Assembly: GCF_009834535.1 (NCBI RefSeq)
Contig: NC_045696.1
Span: forward strand, 112,904,001 to 112,968,000
From: Camelus ferus
Lineage: Eukaryota
Direction: 5' to 3'
DNA length: 64,000 bases
The notes below the pieces were generated by a model. It worked only from the letters and a program-made list of their open reading frames with translations. It had not been told where the DNA came from and did no database searches. Within the stretch, counting starts at the first letter, position 1. Each line of letters starts with the position of its first letter. The translations under genes and the position numbers were made by a program. Of this stretch, positions 11,899 through 23,975 are shown piece after piece.

Positions 11899-14800
11899 GG
11901 TACCTGGCTCCCCAGTTAAAAGATACTGGGGAGTGACCCCCTAGTTGAAAGATACTTGGGGAAGCCCAGTTGAAAGACATTGAGATTTGCTCATTTGAAA
12001 GATACTGAGCAGTCTGGGCTGAGTGGTTAGGTAGGAGGCTGACCTGGTATCTTGCCTCAAATTGGCTACCTTCACACAAACTTGTTAGGATAAAAGTGAA
12101 AATATTACATTTTCACTTTTCAGCTCAGAAATATTTCAGCTCAGAAGAAGAGACACCTCCTCCCAGCCAGCAACGGCTCTCTCAGGCAACCGTGAAAATT
12201 ACAGGAGTGATGGAGGCAAGTCCTCATGCTGTGCAGCTGTCCCTCTAGTGAAAACCACTCATTTTAATTAACAGCTTGCTCTGCTGGGGACACACATAAG
12301 AACTGGCCATCCCATGATCCGAGCACCCACAGTGGTCTTGTAACTGGATGGAGAACCCAAGCCATGTAAGAGGAGCTGAAATGACTATGGGGTAAAAACC
12401 TGGAGGAGTTGAGCTCACAAGCAGCGCATTCGCCTTCTACAAAATTTCACTAGTAAATTTTATCTGTGACAAATTCAACGTGAAAATGGGAAATAGATTC
12501 TCTCAAACTGAGAAATGAGGGGCATCAGAAAACCAACCTCTAACACCCTAGCCAAATTCACATATTTACAGAGTGCACACTTGTGAGTCCCTACTTAATT
12601 GGAGATTAAAGAAAAGCTCACCTTGAAAATAACTAAGATGGGGCTATTTCATTGCGTATGCAGCTGAGTTAAAGACAGCGAGCTTGCTAAAACATCTTTT
12701 CAGAATTCTGACCTTAAAGAAACAAAAGCCCGTCTAGAGGGAACTTGCATTTCTCTTCAGGTGTTTTTGAGACATAAATGATCTACCTGATCTTAAAAGT
12801 TGTGTGTGTGTGTGTGTGTGTGTGTGTTTTGAGAACTTGTTCTCTGCTATCTGGAAGGTACACAAGTGATGTACATTTGGCAGCCAATCAAAGAAACTGG
12901 GACTTTCCTGAATTTACCAACTTCCAGGGTTTTTTTTTTTTTTTTTTTTTACCACCTTAACCTTCACTGCATCAGCCTGTACTATGAAGGTCTCTACTTC
13001 CTTAGGCTCTTTTTGGAAGTGAACTTTATAGATCTTTGAAGGCTACATCTTTTGCACTCTCTTGTGGGCAAGCCTCTTGCTTCTTATTGGTTTGAGTCAC
13101 TAGTAAGATCTGCTCATCAATGGCCAGATGATGGATACTTTAAATTGGAGAAACTTCTAAATTGGTAAATTTTTAGAGAGCCGTCACTATAAACAGCTGT
13201 TTTACTGGTACCTACGGGGGAAAAAATCAAATTAGAAGGTGGAAAAAATATATATACATAATGGTTAACCTGAGAATGCCCTTAATTTAAAACAAACAAA
13301 AAAATCGTTTGGGAAGACTTATTTGTGGTCTCTGCTTGCCCTGAATAGATCTTACAGATGCTAGTAAAAACATTAGAATAATTAACATTAATTAGGTTCA
13401 TTAACAGGAAAATTTTAAAAACTGAAGGGAATGTCTAGAGACTTTTTCCCAACAAGGCGGAAATTTTAAACGGACCAATCCCAAAGGGATAAAGAAATCT
13501 CTAGATGGTTATTAAGAACTGGGATAAATGAAACAGATGTTAATGGGAGGCTTTGATATAACACCATCTAAAGTTGGATGGATCAAAGGGACCCCCCGAC
13601 TGGACCCCAACATTAAGGGGTGCCAAACAAGTTTCCTCCCTCTACCCCAGTGTAACTATATATATATTTAATTACACTGAGATATCTGAACAATTACTTG
13701 GGGCAAGCGTTAAGCCAATTAATCAAGTTAAAAGATTGACAAAAGGGCCTGAGTTCCTTGGTTCAAATCCTCACTGGGGACCCAGAGCTTCTGTACAGAA
13801 TAGAGAAAGTGGTCAGGGGATGAAGGAAAAGAAAACCTCCAAGACTCCTTGTAAGACCAGGACTTGTTGATTGGGTCCTAGTGGAAATGAAAGCCAAAGG
13901 CTTAAAAGTTGATAGAACTGAGATGAAAGTACATAAAAGCTGGTATATTTAAATGGGCTCTATGTAAGATGGTTACATCTTTTTGGCTTAATTATATTGT
14001 GGGATAGACGTTTCACCGAGGAATACCTCCCCAGTGAGGGCGCGTAGATCTGCCCCTCAGGAAATACTAATTACACATACTAAAGGAAACCAATAGGGTA
14101 ACCTGAGCCACACAATATAAAGTAAAACTGGGAACTAATATTCAAGGGCTAATAAAAAACATATAATAGAGATTTTCTCTGGGTCCAACCTGTGCACACA
14201 GAAAGAGAGGCTTTGTTGAATGCCTGATGTAAGCTTTTGAGGCACGGTATCGTAAACCCTGAAGTTCTAGAACACAGAACTCTTAATTTTCAGTTCAGTT
14301 GGAAATCTCACTGATATAAAAAAGCAAATGAAAGAAAATGTATTTGGGCAAATTTATCTTTTAATATCATGTAGGTAACAAACCAGTTCTTTGGAGAGTG
14401 AAAAGCAATTGTCTTTGTCTTGCTAATCTCTGCAAATCAGAAATGTAAAAACAGCCCACAATAACCTGAGCCTAATTTGTTCAGTCAGATAAAGCCTGAA
14501 ACCAAGGGGGGAAGGAGGGAGAAAAGGCCTTTGAAAACTGGAAAGGCTCTCTCACCCAAAATCTAATTCATAGCCTCGTTATGGGTTTATCAGAGACAAA
14601 TACAAATCTTAAGTCTTTTCACAAATAGTAAAGCCTTAGTCATACGAGCAAATTTAACTTATTCCAACTCTTACAAGTAACTAGGAAGTTTATCTTGTAA
14701 TATCTGATTCAGAACTAAGTTTTTAAAGTGAAGCTATAAGATCTCTAGTTTTGTCTGTTTATATATACATCTGTGAATAGATTATATGAGATGTCTCTAC

Positions 14801-17167
14801 CTTTGGAAAATATTGTCTAAATTAAACATATAAAAGAGTTCTATTTAATCGACTTAAAGTATGTGCTTACAAGTAAATATTTCTAAATACGAAAGAAACT
14901 GGCCAGAATGAATTTCAGGTTTACATGATCTAGGAAATATTCAATATTAAATTAATGTCTGATATGAAAGCTAGCTTACACTTGCTGATTTAACCAATAG
15001 AGACGTGTCTTACTTTTACCGTGCCTAGGTTTACTGAAGGTCACTAAGTTTATGTTGTTTCCATTACAGAATTTGTCAGCAAGAAACAAAATTAACTAAG
15101 TGATATTTTCATAAATTATAAAATAAAGGTAAATGTAAGAAGACGAAAGTGGTTAAATTTAAACCTGAAAACTCTTCTCTCAAGAAGAAAACTAAAGATA
15201 TTTGGGGTTTATTAGACATACATCTTGTACCACAGTAAAAAAAGAAAAAAGAAATTATACCATGAGAAGATATATTTTTCAAGAGGTCATGGGCTATTCC
15301 AATCAGGAAATGCTGATCAGACAAACGTTTCACAATTACTTGCTGCTTGTTGGTTTTGGATGGAGATTAAGGTTTTTAAGGGTTAAAAAACATAATATGC
15401 AATTAAAACTACTAAAGATAACAAGGGAAACATATCAGGATGCAAGAAAAGAGGGATGCGTGTTGTCAGCAAAAGAAAGTATAAGGAACGAAAATACACT
15501 TTTTTAAAGGGAAAGATTGATCTTGTTTCTGGACGTAAAAACAAGGGACAAACTAATATGAATACAGAAAGTTGTAGAAGGTTTATACAAAGTGAGCCCT
15601 GAAAAGGAGCTTTGTACATGGTCAGGCTGGGATTAGATTAAATTTAATTAGGTGAATGGATTTTGTTATTAAAAGTAGACTGATGCAAGACTGGATTTGG
15701 TTCCTCTCTCTGTGAAGAGAACAAAGTTTTCTTGGAATGCTACTTTTGAAAACAGATTGTGGGTTTCTTTGCTGATCTGTATTTCCCTTAAAAATCTTTT
15801 ATTGTCACTTTTGTTAAGAGAATAAATATTGTTTCACAGTGACCTATGCCCCTATTTGATCAAGTGTTTTGAAACCTTTCTGATATTTTTGACAAAATTC
15901 CCAAACATCAAAATTACCAAAGTTCTTTTGACTCCCAACTAACTCTGGGATGCTTCAAAGGAACCCTGAAACATCTCAGGGTGGGATGCTAAACTAATTA
16001 GGCTTATTTGGTATGTTACATTACTTGAGAAGCACTATCAAATGATTGGAGATAAGCCTTAAATTATATAGTATGGGTAAATGTCATTAATATAGATATT
16101 CCAAAATTTATATGGAATTCCTAAAAATGTGATACGTCCTGGTGTAATGTTAGCAGTCTTAATTCTAGTTATTAACTTAAACGTGTTGTATGCCACAGAA
16201 TTAGCCAAGTTTCTTATCAATTGCACTGTAATCAGATCTTTAACCATGCCATTTAAGGCTTCCGTCATTTATAGACAGTCATTGTTTTACTCTGATGTTT
16301 TTATAAAGTGAAGATCTTCAAGAAGGTTCATAAAAAGGGACTTCTTGACAAATACAAGTTCCTGATAACTTTTAGATCATACCACCAAACTGGGTGAAAA
16401 AATTACAAAACTCTAATGGGAAACTTGATGACTTAATCCAGATCAACAGGAATTAACTACATGGGGCTGAATGAATTGATAAAAATGATTTATATCTTGT
16501 GAAATATACTGCTTTTAATTTTTGTTTTCCAGAAAAACCTTTCCTTTTACACAATGCCCTACAACAAGTTGATAAAGTATACCTTTGTAAACAAGGATGA
16601 AATATTTATCTTTTTCTAACTGATCCTTCCAGAATTTGGCTTCTCCAGCTGGCTCCCCTGTGGACTTGAGGTCTTACTGAGACCAGATTACAGCTAAGTT
16701 CTAATTTGCATTCTTTGTTTTCAATTATTTATGCTTTGTGTCTCTCTCTGAAGCACTATGACTTTATTAATGTTACTAGCTATATTACTTATGTCCTGTC
16801 TATTTTGTAAGATTGCTTCTTCCATTAACAAATTTGTAACCAGGCCACTAACAAAATTAATGACGGCTAAAATTCTCAAGGCAGTTGATCGTATATATAA
16901 CTACACAGAATAATGGTCATAGTGCAATTCCAGATATGGGATGAAAAAACAAGGAAAAACATTTCCTGGATCATAACAGACTCATAAGACAGGCAATCCA
17001 GAGAATTTTATATTATCTTTAGGGCCCGATCCAAAAATTAACCCACTGAATGGCCTAGCGACAGAATCTTTGCCCGATCTAGGAATGAGCCTTCCTAGCA
17101 CCATGGGACAAAATTGGTCATGATATTCTCCCAAATATTAGTTGAATTTATGACCAAGAGGAGGCGC
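11899..17167 (+). mobile_element. Degenerate ERV internal region (ERV1/MER4-group-like, non-autonomous); no 5' LTR visible
   Basis: Ends in purine tract AAGAGGAGG just before the LTR at 17168; faint protease-like remnant (NYIVGIDV ~13990); long AT-rich ORF-poor interior; splits an MLT1. Confidence 0.7.
12801..12826. repeat. (TG)n microsatellite
   Basis: Directly read; another (TG)n at ~32458-32476. Confidence 0.95.
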
Positions 17168-17616
17168 TGTGAATGAAGACTGTGGCCTGCCATATCAGTA
17201 AACCAAGGATGTTGAGGCCACCAAGCCAGAAGCCACTGCAGCCACCCCCAACTGTGCACCCTTGGGAATTCAGGATGGAGAAAAGTAGGAGACTAGCCCC
17301 TGATCCTGATCATTAAGGTGCATATCAAAGGCATGATTTCAATGAGCCCAGGCTCTCACATATTCCCATACATAGAAAAACACTAAATTCATTAACTTGA
17401 GATGTCTGGTTTTCTTTAATTAATAGTAATTGTTTGATGTTCCAATGACCTGATTTTTGTTGCAAAAACTCCTATATATCCTGGCTCCTCCCTTACCTCT
17501 TTAGAGCAGTGCACAGAGCTATCTGGGAGGCTGTCTTCTGGGCTTAAGTCCTCAGAAAGTCCACCGAATAAAACATAATTTTCAATTTTTAGGTTGTACT
17601 TTTTTTTCAGTCAACA
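17168..17616 (+). mobile_element. 3' LTR of the ERV (family B)
   Basis: TGTGAATGAA...GTCAACA termini, preceded by PPT, TATA-like CCTATATAT ~17471, AATAAA ~17567; homologous to 18783-19284. Confidence 0.9.
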
Positions 17617-18665
17617 GAAGTTAGTGCCCCCCTCCACCCGTTTTTCCCTCTTTCACCTAGATGCAAAAAATGATAAGCCATTAGGGGATAAAGAAGCCAC
17701 AGGAAGGGAGAAGCCAGGGTCCCAGGATAACTGCATGAAGGAATATAGCCACCATTGTACTGAAGCCAAGAACAACTTCCCTGCACCATTTCTTGTGCCA
17801 TCATTTTGGGATCTATTTGTTACCACAATCTACCTTGACTAAATAAAACCACCGACAGAGAGCCAGGATTCACATGTAAAATACTCTTGGTCTTGTGGAT
17901 CAGGGGTTCTCACTATAAAACAAATAAGAAATGTTCAATTAATTAAAGGTCCAGCTTAGCCTTCCACCTTTACCTCTCCATGTGCTTTCTCTCTTGAGCT
18001 GAACTTTTCTCCACTATTGTTCACTCTGCATAGCTCCTAGAGACATGTGCTCCCCTTCTGTCTCCCAGACCTGATTTTCCTTAACAGCCAAAACAGGGGG
18101 CTGAGTGTAGATTTCTGATGTTAAGAATCCCCAAGAAGGTACATAAGGATTTTATTAAGCATGAAAGCCCTGTAGATACCAGACTTGAATTCTCTCCCAT
18201 TTGGTTCCTGGTCTTGAGTGCTGAGTGCCATCTTGTTTCATCTGCCTGAGAGCAATCTACCCAAATATGCATCTTGTTCAAAGACAAACACTAGCTTCCT
18301 GCTTCCAGGGGAACACATTTTCAGGTTCAGCCTTCTCCCATCTCACTGGTTTGGGCGCCTAGGACCTGTCTCTGAGAGGGAGCAGGACTCTGTGGGCCAC
18401 TCCCCAACCCCTGCCTCTTGTTTTAGAGAAGGTGAAGTCTCCCAGGCCTCCTTGAGTCATATGAGGGCAGGTTGATTTGGACAAGCTCTCAGGCACTGGA
18501 GGATGCCAAGGACCCTGACCACCTATCTCAACAATTAACTGAGATTACTCCTTCCATTCCCGGCTGAACAGAATCTTTGGAGATGTTGGGGGTGGCGGGG
18601 GGGGGGGGGGCGGACACTGGGTCCACCAAATTGTAGGAATCATGATTAAAAACAACTTTCCTTCT

Positions 18666-19745
18666 TGTTACCAAGGCTGTCGCCTCCAGGATCACACCCT
18701 TGCCCCTCTCTCAAATAGAAACCAGTTACTCTTATCTAAGCCTCAGGAGGCAGCTGGGGAAGAAACAAGAACTGGTTAGAACTGTGAATGAAAAATACTG
18801 CAAACTGTATCAGTAAACAAAGAATGCTGAAGCCATCAAGCCGTCAGCGGTTGCCACCGCCCCCCTCCCTGCCCCCACCAAGTGAAGACAAGCCTGCAGC
18901 CCGGCCTCTGCAGCCACTCACAGTGGTGCACCCTGAGAGGACTCAGAATAAGAAAGGACAGGATACTGGCCCTAGATAGCTGGGTGCTTGTCAAAGGAAT
19001 GAATTCAATGAGCCCAAGTGTTTGCTTCCTCCCATACATAGAAAAGCACTAAATTCTTTAACTTGAGATGCCTGTTCTTCTTTAGTTAACAAATAATCTT
19101 TTAATATTCCAACTACCTGGTCTTTGTTGTAAAACTCCTATATATCCTAGCTCCTCCCCTACCTCTTTGGAGCAGTCCCTCAGAGCGATCTGACAGGCTG
19201 TCATCCTTGGCTGAATCCTCAAAATTGTCCACCGAATAAAACATAACTCTCAACTTTTAGGTTGTGCATTTATTTCAGTTGACAGAACCCGCCCAGTCCA
19301 AGATAGTGGAGGATTTCACTTCCAGTGGACCTTGAGCCTCATTATATGCTCATTGTAATGTATTAGCTGCTAAGTGACACCCACCAGTGCCATGACAGTT
19401 GACAACTGCCATGAAGACAACAGGAAAAGCCCACACAAAGACTGAAAAGCTTAAACAAGGACTGACTGGCTCCATCATACCCGGAGGGAGGACATGGTGG
19501 TAGAAGTCTCCCACAAAAGCCCACATGGCCCGACCCAGGCCAGAGCCCTCTCTGCCAGTCAGCTTGGCTGATGGCTCCCCACTCCAGTGCCTCTTCCTAG
19601 TTCGAGCACTTTCTTTCCTTTTCCTCTTTTGAGAAATAAAAGCAGTTTTGCTCTGTCCCTCTGCCTTAGCATGTGAATTCTTTCCAGCCAGCAGGCAAGG
19701 ACCTACACTTCGATGGGCTTCCTAATTTAGGGGTCTCACTCTTAG
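18666..19745 (+). mobile_element. ERV1-class LTR (family A related), split by a family B LTR
   Basis: Flanks join as ...GGTTAGAAC|CCGCCCAGTCCAAGATAG..., matching the reverse complement of ~33880-34044; AATAAA ~19635; 3' end approximate. Confidence 0.75.
18783..19284 (+). mobile_element. Solo LTR (family B)
   Basis: TG...CA termini, perfect 4-bp TSD GAAC (18779-18782 / 19285-19288), TATA-like and AATAAA motifs, homologous to 17168-17616. Confidence 0.92.
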
Positions 19746-21799
19746 TTAATGTCTCCATTTTGAAGGATGGACTTAGTTTAGAGTTCGCATGTGAGTCAAA
19801 GGGGATTAAATGGCCCAATAAATGATATGGCCATTCCCAATTCTAATAGCAAGAGTCACCCATTTTCTGAAGTGTTCTATCCCGGAAGTCAGAGGCTGTT
19901 AATAATTCTGTACACTGTTAATAAAGCTGTGCCTCATGAGTGAATCCACCCAGCTAAGGGGACTGCTAAAAATGTCCTCACAATATAGGTGGGGCACAGC
20001 CACTCAATCTTCACCTAAGACATGTAGGAATCCACAAAGAGGCCACTCTTTCTCTCCAGCTCCTTTGGCAAAATTTCAGATCTTCTTGGCCATAAAACAA
20101 AAACTGTCAGTGGTAAAATTGTTCAGTTTGACTACAGATTAATTAATAACCTAAAAAGCATCAACCATTTAGCAACCACAAACTTTACATGAAATGCAGG
20201 AACCCAAACTGCATCGTATTTCTGTAGCATGTCATCCATGACAATGCTAAATCAAGGTTGCTTATTCAATGTAAAATACTTTGGAACAAAATAGCAAAAT
20301 CTGAACTGCATTATCCAAGGGAAGGCCTCCTGTCTTCAGCCTTTTAGAAAAGTTAAGATTTCCCAAATGCCAGATACGGTAGATTCAAAGGGTCTTCAAG
20401 CCAATGTACAGCTATGCCAATGATGCGAATCAGCTGTTACCAGAAAACGCAAATTTGAAGGCAAGTTTGGATGCATTAAGTAACTGCCCAAGGCCCATCT
20501 GAAAGCCACTTAGGCTTTAGTGCATTCCTAGCAATGTCAAACTGAGATCACAGTCCACCTTTCTAAAAAGAGTAGCTTTATAATGTTCTATTAACATCCA
20601 GGAAGAAAACTCCTGAAATCTCTTAACCAACAATATGTAGGAAGCCATTATCTGAGGTTTAAGCAACTGCGTAGTGCTATTTTAATTACGTATTACAGGC
20701 AAACTGTGATTGTGTCTTTGCCAGTATTTTATTAGAATGTCAATTCCACTGAATTACATCCCATGGGAAAGATTAGCATGGATTTTAGTACGGATGTGTG
20801 AAAGTGTTGCTGTGCTCAGGCCAACTTTTAAAAGTTGTGTGCTAATTAGAATGAAAATGCTAAGAGAAGTGTGAGATCCTCAGGTCCAAGAAATCCTGCA
20901 GCCATCCTTCCCTCTTTTCCACGATAATTCTCACTGTTTGCAAATGGTACAAACTGAACACAAAGCCTGCCAGACATCAACACTGCACTGTGAGCATTAG
21001 CAGAGGATAAAAGGGATTTAGGATGAGGAAATGTACGTTCAGACATCTACTCCTCAGCTTAAAGCCAAGAAGGAATTAAATATTAAGCCATACACCTAAT
21101 GGAAATGTATTTGAATCAAGGTTTTGAATCTCCCTCAAAAGAAATTTAGAAAAGCAGGCTTGGCGAGCTGGGGTCACCTGTGGTTTACCCACGTCTTACT
21201 GAAAGGACAGAGGCAGAAAAACGGGTCACCTGACAAGCAAATTAGCGGTAGAGAAAAGATCCCAGGTCTCCCAAAAGTCATTCCAGTACCCTTCTTTTCT
21301 GCTATCATTCTAATAGTTTCTAAACTGTGCCCCCACACTTCACATTCTTTTTTTTCCCCCTTAATTTGTAATTAAGGGGAAAATCTGAGTATATAATACA
21401 GGCAGATGATTACTTTCTTTGGCCAAGTAAAAACAGGACCAGGACCAAGTAAAGGAAATGGGTAAAAATAGAGGAGAGATGTGTTAGTAAAATCTTTTTT
21501 TTTTTTTTTTTTTTGTCATCTCCCCAGAGCGAAAAATGCTTAATGGTTTCTGGTCTTTGAGAACCAGCCGAGACTGGCCCCTGAGAAAGAGGCCAAGAGC
21601 TGCTTTGTCTGTGGCCCTCCAGTTTGTGTCCTCTCCTTTGTTTTTAATCCGTGGCGTTTTCAGGAGTGATCACTGGCTGCCCAAAGGAAAATTAAAATCA
21701 CTTCAGAAAAACTCAGAATAGGATTCCTTCCGTTGTGATGACTGGGAAATTAAGCGGCCATCTGATGATGCTTTGTAAATTAAAGTGAGGGGCAGAATC

Positions 21800-23270
21800 A
21801 GCTATCCTGCGGACAATCCGGCCTTTGTACCTCCCCTCTCGCTGACCCCAGGGGAGAGGGGGATTCGGTTGGGGGGGGGCGGGGCGGAGGCGGAGGGGGA
21901 GTTAGGCCCAGGGAAGAGAAACTTTTCTGTTTTTTAGAAAGAAACTCGGGATGTGCTGCTGTTCCGGCCTCAAGCTCAAGCAACTCCCCACCCCCGCTGC
22001 CCCTAACTCCCCGCTTCCGACCCAGAGCCGAAGCCCCCAGTTTGAAGGACAGGTGAGGGCCCTCCCTCCGCGGAGCCTGGAAGGCTCTCAACACCGTGTT
22101 CGGGCACCCCCCACCCCAACGCCGGCCAGTGCAAAGGCCTAGTGACCAGGTAACGGTAGGCAGGTACGGGGAGATGGTGGGGATACAAATCACCAGCCAG
22201 GCTGGAAGCGCCCGGTTGACGTCAGGCCTCCAGAAAACAGCAGATCGCCAGAGCAGACGCCGCTCACGCGCTACCAGCCGCTGGTCTCTAAAGCCCAGGG
22301 GCATTAAAGCGAAACTTGGCGACTCAGAGTCTCCGCGTGACTGTCGCCAGTCTTTTCTGACACCCATCCCCCACTCCCGACTCTCAGGCCGCTTTTCCCC
22401 TCCCCTGCCCACCCCTCCCTCGCTCAGGGTTCTTGAGCTGCCGGGGCCTCCTTTCTCTCTCCCGCCCCTACGTCCGGAGCCCGGGGGTGCCCCAGTCCCG
22501 CGCCCCCCGGCCCGGTTCTGGAATGGGGGGGAGGAGGAGCGCTCTCTGCCGAGGCCCCATTGCACCCCTGTCCTAGGCTCAGGCTCCTCTCCCGCGCCCG
22601 GATTCTGGGCTCGGCGGACGTCCCACCCTCTCCCCACGAGGCGCCGGCCCGCGGGGCCCCGACTCCGTCGCCCATTTCCCTCCCTCCCTCCCTCTCCTCC
22701 CTCTCCTCCCTCTCCTCCCTCTCCTCCCTCTCCTCCCCGGGCCGTCCCTGCCGGCCGCCAGCGTCCGCCCTCCCTCCGCCGCGGGGTCAATCGGGGACAG
22801 GCGCCGCCCCGCCCTCCCGAGGCCGAGCCCACCCCAAACGCCGCGCGACCCCGGAGCCCTCTCCGGGACCCTGGCGGGACCCCGGCGAGAGCCGTCCGGA
22901 GCGGCCGCGGCCCCGCGGAGAGGGGCGCGCCGTGCTCTCGGCCGCGGCAACCCCGGGGACGCGCAGAGGGCGCCTGGTGCGGAGCGGGGCGGAGCGGGCG
23001 CTGGTGCCCCCACAGGGGCCTCGTGAGCGCTCCAGGGCGGAGAATCGCGCAATTCGTCGGGCTGCGCACCCCGGAGGGGTCCGGCCCTGAAGCTCGCGGG
23101 TCCCCTGGGCCGGCCCTGCGGCCCCTGGAGGCTCGGTCTCACCCTCCTCCGCGCGCGTCGGGCAGCCTTGAGCGCAGCGCCGCCGACGGGTACCGCCAGG
23201 GCCAACGCAGCGTCCGGGCCCTCCTCCCCGGAGCGAGCGTCCAACTCCATGGCTCCAAGCTCCCAGCACT
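21800..23270. promoter_or_regulatory. CpG island 1, probable promoter of an unidentified transcript
   Basis: Sharp rise in GC and CpG density; GC boxes at ~21876-21893 and ~22986-23000; palindromic CRE TGACGTCA at 22217-22224. Confidence 0.8.
22675..22738. repeat. Pure pyrimidine tract containing (CCCTCTCCT)x5
   Basis: Directly read; 9-mer units at 22690-22734. Confidence 0.95.
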
Positions 23271-23329
23271 TTTTTTTTTTTAAGTAAATGTTATTAAGAG
23301 TTCGCATACTCTACTGGGCAGACCCTCGT

Positions 23330-23975
23330 GCAGTTGTTTTAATGTAAATTTTATTGTATATATACCGCAGTATATATAAAAGGCGCAGTGGATGAATGTT
23401 CCCGAACTGTACGTACTTGTGTGACGAGCCGCCAGACGGAGCCGCCAGACGGAGACACAGAACCTGCCCAACACCCCTGATGCCCCTTCAGCTCCTTCCA
23501 GCCACTCCCCCAAACACCCCCAGCGGCAACCTATGTCCTGATTTCTAACACTGAGATTGATTTTGTCAGTTTTCCTGCTTCACACGTGATCAATGTGTGC
23601 TTTTGTGTCTCGTTCCTTCTCACTCAACATCAGGTCATTATGTTGGTGAGATTCATGCCTGTTTTTGCCTCTGGTAGAAGGTTTTCCTTTCTGTTTGGTA
23701 TTTCGTTGTATAGATATACCACAATTTGTTCACCTATTTTCGAGAAAATTTGGGTAGCTTCCAGTTCGGTGGTTATTACAGAAAGTTCTGGTGTGAACAT
23801 TCTAGAACGTGTCTTTTGGTGACACGTTTGCATTTCTGTGGATACATACCTAGGAGTGGAATTGCTGGGTCCTAAGAAGGCACATGCTTGGCTTCCTTAA
23901 ACACAGCCAGAGATATTTCCAAATCACTGGACCCATTTACCTCTCACCACCAATGTGTAAGAATTCCTGGGATTC
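23330..23975 (-). mobile_element. L1ME-type 3' fragment
   Basis: ATACCTAGGAGTGGAATTGCTGGGTC; minus ORF 23630-23833 (KTRSRMFTPELSVITTELEATQ) resembles the L1 ORF2 tail. Confidence 0.75.

Noticed and set aside
11908..12011. Hairpin array as a CRISPR-like repeat
   Set aside because: Mammalian ERV context, spacers only a few nt, degenerate units, no cas genes
20225..20249. Short inverted repeat TAGCATGTCAT-CC-ATGACAATGCTA
   Set aside because: Single imperfect 11-bp stem with a 2-nt loop; too short for a miRNA precursor and plausible by chance
21798..23307. Long overlapping ORFs (423, 395 and 242 aa) in CpG island 1
   Set aside because: Low-complexity R/G/P/A-rich translations open on both strands; expected from stop-codon scarcity in GC-rich DNA; no recognisable domain
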